A DNA stretch of 64,000 bases from an uncultured Gemmatimonadales bacterium (GTDB lineage: Bacteria > Gemmatimonadota > Gemmatimonadetes > Longimicrobiales > RSA9): contig CAWAMW010000017.1 of assembly GCA_963783305.1 (NCBI GenBank), positions 384,001-448,000 on the forward strand. Direction: 5' to 3'. A program made the translations under genes and the position numbers. Shown one piece after another: positions 60,417 to 64,000 of this stretch. How positions within the stretch are numbered: position 1 is the stretch's first letter; every line of letters starts with the position of its first letter. The notes beneath the pieces were generated by a model. It had not been told where the DNA came from. It saw only the letters and a list, made by a program, of their open reading frames with translations, and searched no databases.

Positions 60417-60843
60417 GAGCGTCGTGCTCCTGTCCGGCGATTCGGTCCCGGACCCGGTCCTCCTGCTCCCTCAGCTCGGGCGTGAACGCCTCGCCGAAGT
60501 CGTCGGCCTCGAACACCGGCCGGATCTCCACTTCGACCCCGCCATCGAACGGCGCCCGCTTCAGCCACTCCACGGCGTGATCCATGGAGTCCACCCGCCA
60601 GAGCCAGTAGCCCCCAATGAGCTCCTTCGTCTCCGCGAACGGACCGTTGGTCACGGTGCGGTCGTCGCCGGAGAACCGTATGCGCACGCCCTTCGAGCTC
60701 GGGTGCAGCCCGTCGCCGTCGAGCATGATGCCGGCATCCACGAGCTCCTCGTTGTACCTCCCCATCGCGGCCAGCTCCCCCTCGCTCGGCATTGCCCCGG
60801 CCTCGCTGTCCTCACTGGCCTTCACGATCACCATGACTCGCAT
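60409..60843 (-). CDS. YciI/DGPF family protein
   Basis: GDGLHPSS, NGPFAETKELIGGYW, EIRP. RBS GGAGG. Confidence 0.9.
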   Translation of the reverse strand: MRVMVIVKASEDSEAGAMPSEGELAAMGRYNEELVDAGIMLDGDGLHPSSKGVRIRFSGDDRTVTNGPFAETKELIGGYWLWRVDSMDHAVEWLKRAPFDGGVEVEIRPVFEADDFGEAFTPELREQEDRVRDRIAGQEHDAHD

Positions 60844-60917
60844 TGGTCCCCCTCCTCCTGGTGCGAAGTGGGGCCCGGCCGCTCTCGACCGGGTTTGAAC
60901 CCCGTTCTCAATGTGTG

Positions 60918-60944
60918 GTCGAACGGCGGATCGCGAAATCGACA
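60918..60944 (-). promoter_or_regulatory. ECF42-type sigma promoter
   Basis: TGTCGA-N17-CGAC upstream of a DGPF gene. Confidence 0.7.
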
Positions 60945-61007
60945 TGTGAACCTGCGATGGCTGTCGACACACATCACCGGGAGAGGGCTCGTGCCCGCGG
61001 TCCAGCG

Positions 61008-61907
61008 CTACTCCGTGGGCGTGCCGGCGATGAAGTCGACCGCGATCCGGGCCAGCTCCTCGCCGCGGTCCTCCTGGATGAAGTGGCCGGCACCCTCGAG
61101 GCGCTGGTGGGGCTGCCCGGCGGCGCCGGGGATCCGCTTCTGGAGGACGCGGTCGAAGCCGCGGAAGATGGGGTCGCCGGTGCCGAACGCCGTGAGGAAC
61201 GGCTTCCGCCACTCGTCCAGGACCGCCCACGCCCGTCGGTTGGCCTCGGCTTCGGGGTGGTCGGGGCTGGTGGGCACCAGGCGCGGGAACGCGCGGGCGC
61301 CGGCCTTCGAGCGCCGCGTGGGATACGGCGCGCCGTACGCCGCCAGCGCCTCCCGCGATACCGACCGCGCGCACCCCACGCGCACGATAGCCCGCACCGG
61401 GAAGATAGGCGTCCAGCGGGCGAACGCCTGCCACAGCCGGAAGACCAGCGGTAGCCGCTCCCCGCCCGTGGGCAGCCCGCCGTTGGCGATGACCACGCGA
61501 CGGAACAGCCCCGGCCGCTCCCCCACCAGCCGGAGCCCGATGAGCGACCCCCAGTCCTGGGCTACCAGCGTAATGTCCCGCAGCCCGTTCTCCCGGATCC
61601 ACTCCTCGACCCACGCCACGTGGCCGGAATAGGAGTAGTCGCCGCGATGGATGGGCTTGTCGGACCGGCCGAACCCCGGCAGGTCGGGCGCCAGCACCCG
61701 GTGCCCGGCCTCGGCAATGACGGGGATCATCTTCCGGTACAGGAAGCTCCACGTGGGCTCACCGTGGAGGAGCAGCACCGGCTCTCCGTCCGCGGGGCCC
61801 GCCTCCACGTGGTGCATGCGGAGCCCCGCGACCGTCGTATAGTGGGGCTCGAAATCGTACCCCGGGAGTGATTCGAAGCGCGAGTCAGGCGTGCGGTAGC
61901 TTTCCAT
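61008..61907 (-). CDS. Haloalkane dehalogenase (alpha/beta hydrolase)
   Basis: RTPD..F, HGEPTW, GFGRSDKP, nucleophile QDWG, GAGHFIQE. Confidence 0.9.
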   Translation of the reverse strand: MESYRTPDSRFESLPGYDFEPHYTTVAGLRMHHVEAGPADGEPVLLLHGEPTWSFLYRKMIPVIAEAGHRVLAPDLPGFGRSDKPIHRGDYSYSGHVAWVEEWIRENGLRDITLVAQDWGSLIGLRLVGERPGLFRRVVIANGGLPTGGERLPLVFRLWQAFARWTPIFPVRAIVRVGCARSVSREALAAYGAPYPTRRSKAGARAFPRLVPTSPDHPEAEANRRAWAVLDEWRKPFLTAFGTGDPIFRGFDRVLQKRIPGAAGQPHQRLEGAGHFIQEDRGEELARIAVDFIAGTPTE

Positions 61908-62171
61908 GGTTCTCAGATCTCCTCCACGGACTCGAGGGCCCGCCCGTTCCGCACGTCGCCCGTATTCAGCGTGACGCGGCCGGCCCTTTTCGCCGGCAGC
62001 GCCGCCGTGGTCCCGCTGAATTAGCGGAACGCGCCCGATCGGCCGGAACCGCGATGGCGTCCGCCTCCAGGTCGGCTCAGTCGAAGTCGAAACGCGCGGC
62101 CAGCCGGTTCCTCATGCGGATCACCGCTCCGGCTCCACGTCGAGCACCGACTCGCCGCCTTGGGACCTCCC

Positions 62172-63818
62172 TCACGGCTCCCGGCCCAGCAACGACAGCA
62201 TCAGCGGCGTGAAGTCGAGCTGGGTCGGCGAGTCGCCGAGCGCCTTGAGTTGGTCCCGTACCTCCGGGCCCGTGCGGTCGGTCCGGATCAGGAGCAGTGG
62301 TGCGTAGCTGTCCTCGGCCTCGGCGCTGGCGTGCCAGGATTGGTAGGGGTGCGAGAAGTAGAAGCGCTCCCCCATGGGCGCTGATGCCCCCAGCCGCGCC
62401 ATCACGATGACATCGCCCGACCGGTCCGACTCGGGTCCGGTGGTCAGCCAGCCCAGCCGCTCCTCGAACCGCAGCAACTCCGGCCGCGGGTGCGCCGACA
62501 GGTACTGGCCCAGCGGTACCGCCTCGCCGTCGTCGATGACCCGGAGTCCGCCGTTCGGATGGCGGGCCAACACGAGGTCGATGGGCCGGGTCGGGTGAGC
62601 GGCGGCCGACCGCTCGATGGCGCGGGCCGCCGGCAGGATGTCCTCGCTCCAGCGCGCGGGCCGCGGCCACGCGCACCCCTGGCCCTCCGCGGCGCACGTG
62701 GATCGATCGGCCAGCGAGACGTACGCGAAGGCGCCCTCCCACGCCATCACCGCCTGGTGGTCCCCGTCCTCGACGTCCAGCTCGGGCGGCCGGACCCTGA
62801 ACCCCGCCCCCTCCAGCGCGTCGCCCAGCGAGAACGCGGAATCGCCGGCCAGGGCATGAACGGCGTCGTTGTGAACGGGCGTGTGGCCATGGTCGGCGAC
62901 CACGACGACCCACGTCCCCTCCAGCGCTCCCGCCTCCCGGTACGCCGCGATCACCTCGGCAATGGCGGAATCGGTCACCTCGGCCAGGTAGCGCCGCTGC
63001 TCCGCCAGCGGGTCGGGGGCCGCGTGCGTGTAGAGGTCGATCCCCGGGAAATAGACCACGGCCAGGTCCGCCGGGCCCTCCTTCCTCACCAGCTCCGCCA
63101 TCCCCTCCGCCGACGTGCGATCCACCGTCGCGTACACCTTCCGCTCCACCGGCTCGTCGCTCACGGCGCCCCTCGGGAACGCGCCCAGCAAATCCGCCAG
63201 GTCCGTCGCGCCCGGCGCTACAAGCAGGTCGGCGCCCCGGTGCACGGGAAGGAGTGCCACGTAGCTCCGGACGTCCGCCCGGTCGAACAGCGTGGGCACG
63301 GCCACGAGCGAGTCCATGAGCTGGTCGCTCATCGTCTCCAGCGCCTCATCCCGGCTGGTCACCGACACCGGCGCCGGTGCATGGAACCGGTCGCTCTGGC
63401 GGTCGAACCACTCGTTCCCCGGCACCCCGGACTCCCCTGGAGGCGCCCCCGTGAACAGTGTCGTCCACGCCGCCATGGTGATGGACGGCAGCACGGTCAT
63501 CACCGGCCCCGCATCCGCGCCATGGGCCCAGCCGGAGCCCGTGGCCTCGCCCAGCAGCGACGTCAGGGTCGGCAGCGCGCCGGCATCCAGCGCCGCCTTC
63601 ATATCGTTGTAGCCAACCCCATCCAGCGCGAACACCAGCACCCGCGGCGGTCCCGCCGGGGCGCGGACGCTGTCGCGCAGCTGGGTCGTCCCGCCTTCCG
63701 CCGCTATCTCCGCGGCCTCGCCGGCCACATCGGCTTTCTCCCCGCAACCCGCGAGGGCGCCGGCGAGGAGGAGGAACAGGGACGTGACTACGGCGGCGTG
63801 TTTGGAATTTGTAATCAT
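62172..63818 (-). CDS. Alkaline phosphatase superfamily (nucleotide pyrophosphatase-like) lipoprotein
   Basis: Lipobox LAGC, VFALDG, PSIT nucleophile, DLYTH, ADHGH, SWH. Confidence 0.85.
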   Translation of the reverse strand: MITNSKHAAVVTSLFLLLAGALAGCGEKADVAGEAAEIAAEGGTTQLRDSVRAPAGPPRVLVFALDGVGYNDMKAALDAGALPTLTSLLGEATGSGWAHGADAGPVMTVLPSITMAAWTTLFTGAPPGESGVPGNEWFDRQSDRFHAPAPVSVTSRDEALETMSDQLMDSLVAVPTLFDRADVRSYVALLPVHRGADLLVAPGATDLADLLGAFPRGAVSDEPVERKVYATVDRTSAEGMAELVRKEGPADLAVVYFPGIDLYTHAAPDPLAEQRRYLAEVTDSAIAEVIAAYREAGALEGTWVVVVADHGHTPVHNDAVHALAGDSAFSLGDALEGAGFRVRPPELDVEDGDHQAVMAWEGAFAYVSLADRSTCAAEGQGCAWPRPARWSEDILPAARAIERSAAAHPTRPIDLVLARHPNGGLRVIDDGEAVPLGQYLSAHPRPELLRFEERLGWLTTGPESDRSGDVIVMARLGASAPMGERFYFSHPYQSWHASAEAEDSYAPLLLIRTDRTGPEVRDQLKALGDSPTQLDFTPLMLSLLGREP

Positions 63819-63831
63819 GCCGCCGGGCGTA

Positions 63832-63847
63832 TGCAGGTTCCGTGCGC
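63832..63847 (-). promoter_or_regulatory. Degenerate sigma54-like element
   Basis: GCGCAC-GGAAC-CTGCA, 13 nt upstream of the ATG. Confidence 0.3.
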
Positions 63848-64000
63848 CCGTCAGGTCAGTGGACGGCTCGGCACGCGGCATCGAGCAGGCTGGGCAGGCC
63901 GCCGTCGAGCACCGGGCTGCGGGGGTACCGCGGCAGAGCCTGCATGGGGTTGATCTCGCCCATGGTGAGGTCGGGCACGGCACCGATGTCCCACACGACG

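Noticed and set aside
62077..62115. Tiny ORF MRNRLAARFDFD as a leader peptide
   Set aside because: It is too short and has no supporting signal beyond chance.

Overview
A high-GC bacterial chromosomal window with about 52 protein genes. I saw no rRNA, tRNA, CRISPR array, transposase, integrase or phage module. The gene content and composition suggest Gemmatimonadota, but that is inference only. From left to right it carries: a PAS histidine kinase and a receiver protein; a porin + TAXI-TRAP uptake operon; a copper/silver island (Spy-like Met/His protein, PCYCGC protein, CusRS-like two-component pair, CusCBA-like pump) followed by FetAB-like ABC genes; a TPR-Slt lytic transglycosylase; a cNOR locus (small membrane protein, di-heme NorC, NorB); a sigma54-type promoter ahead of an LEA-like/DUF3618/holin-like stress operon; MscS; a sulfatase::D-aminoacylase fusion; a metzincin-like lipoprotein; a MalT-like STAND-LuxR regulator with a small ACT-like partner and repeated operator-like palindromes; two GbsR/MarR genes heading a TolC-RND-MlaEFD operon; then Dcp, RidA, FKBP, an ADOP permease, a Rieske-FAD oxidoreductase, a serine hydrolase, VOC/YciI genes with an ECF42-type promoter, a haloalkane dehalogenase and an alkaline-phosphatase-superfamily lipoprotein. 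The best candidates for undescribed systems are the MalT-like/ACT-like module with TCCCCC-N15-GGGGGA sites, the RND+Mla operon, the sulfatase-deacylase fusion, the NorQD-less di-heme cNOR with a small subunit, and the CusF-less copper island with 11-bp-phased boxes. All family calls come from motif recognition, not database searches.
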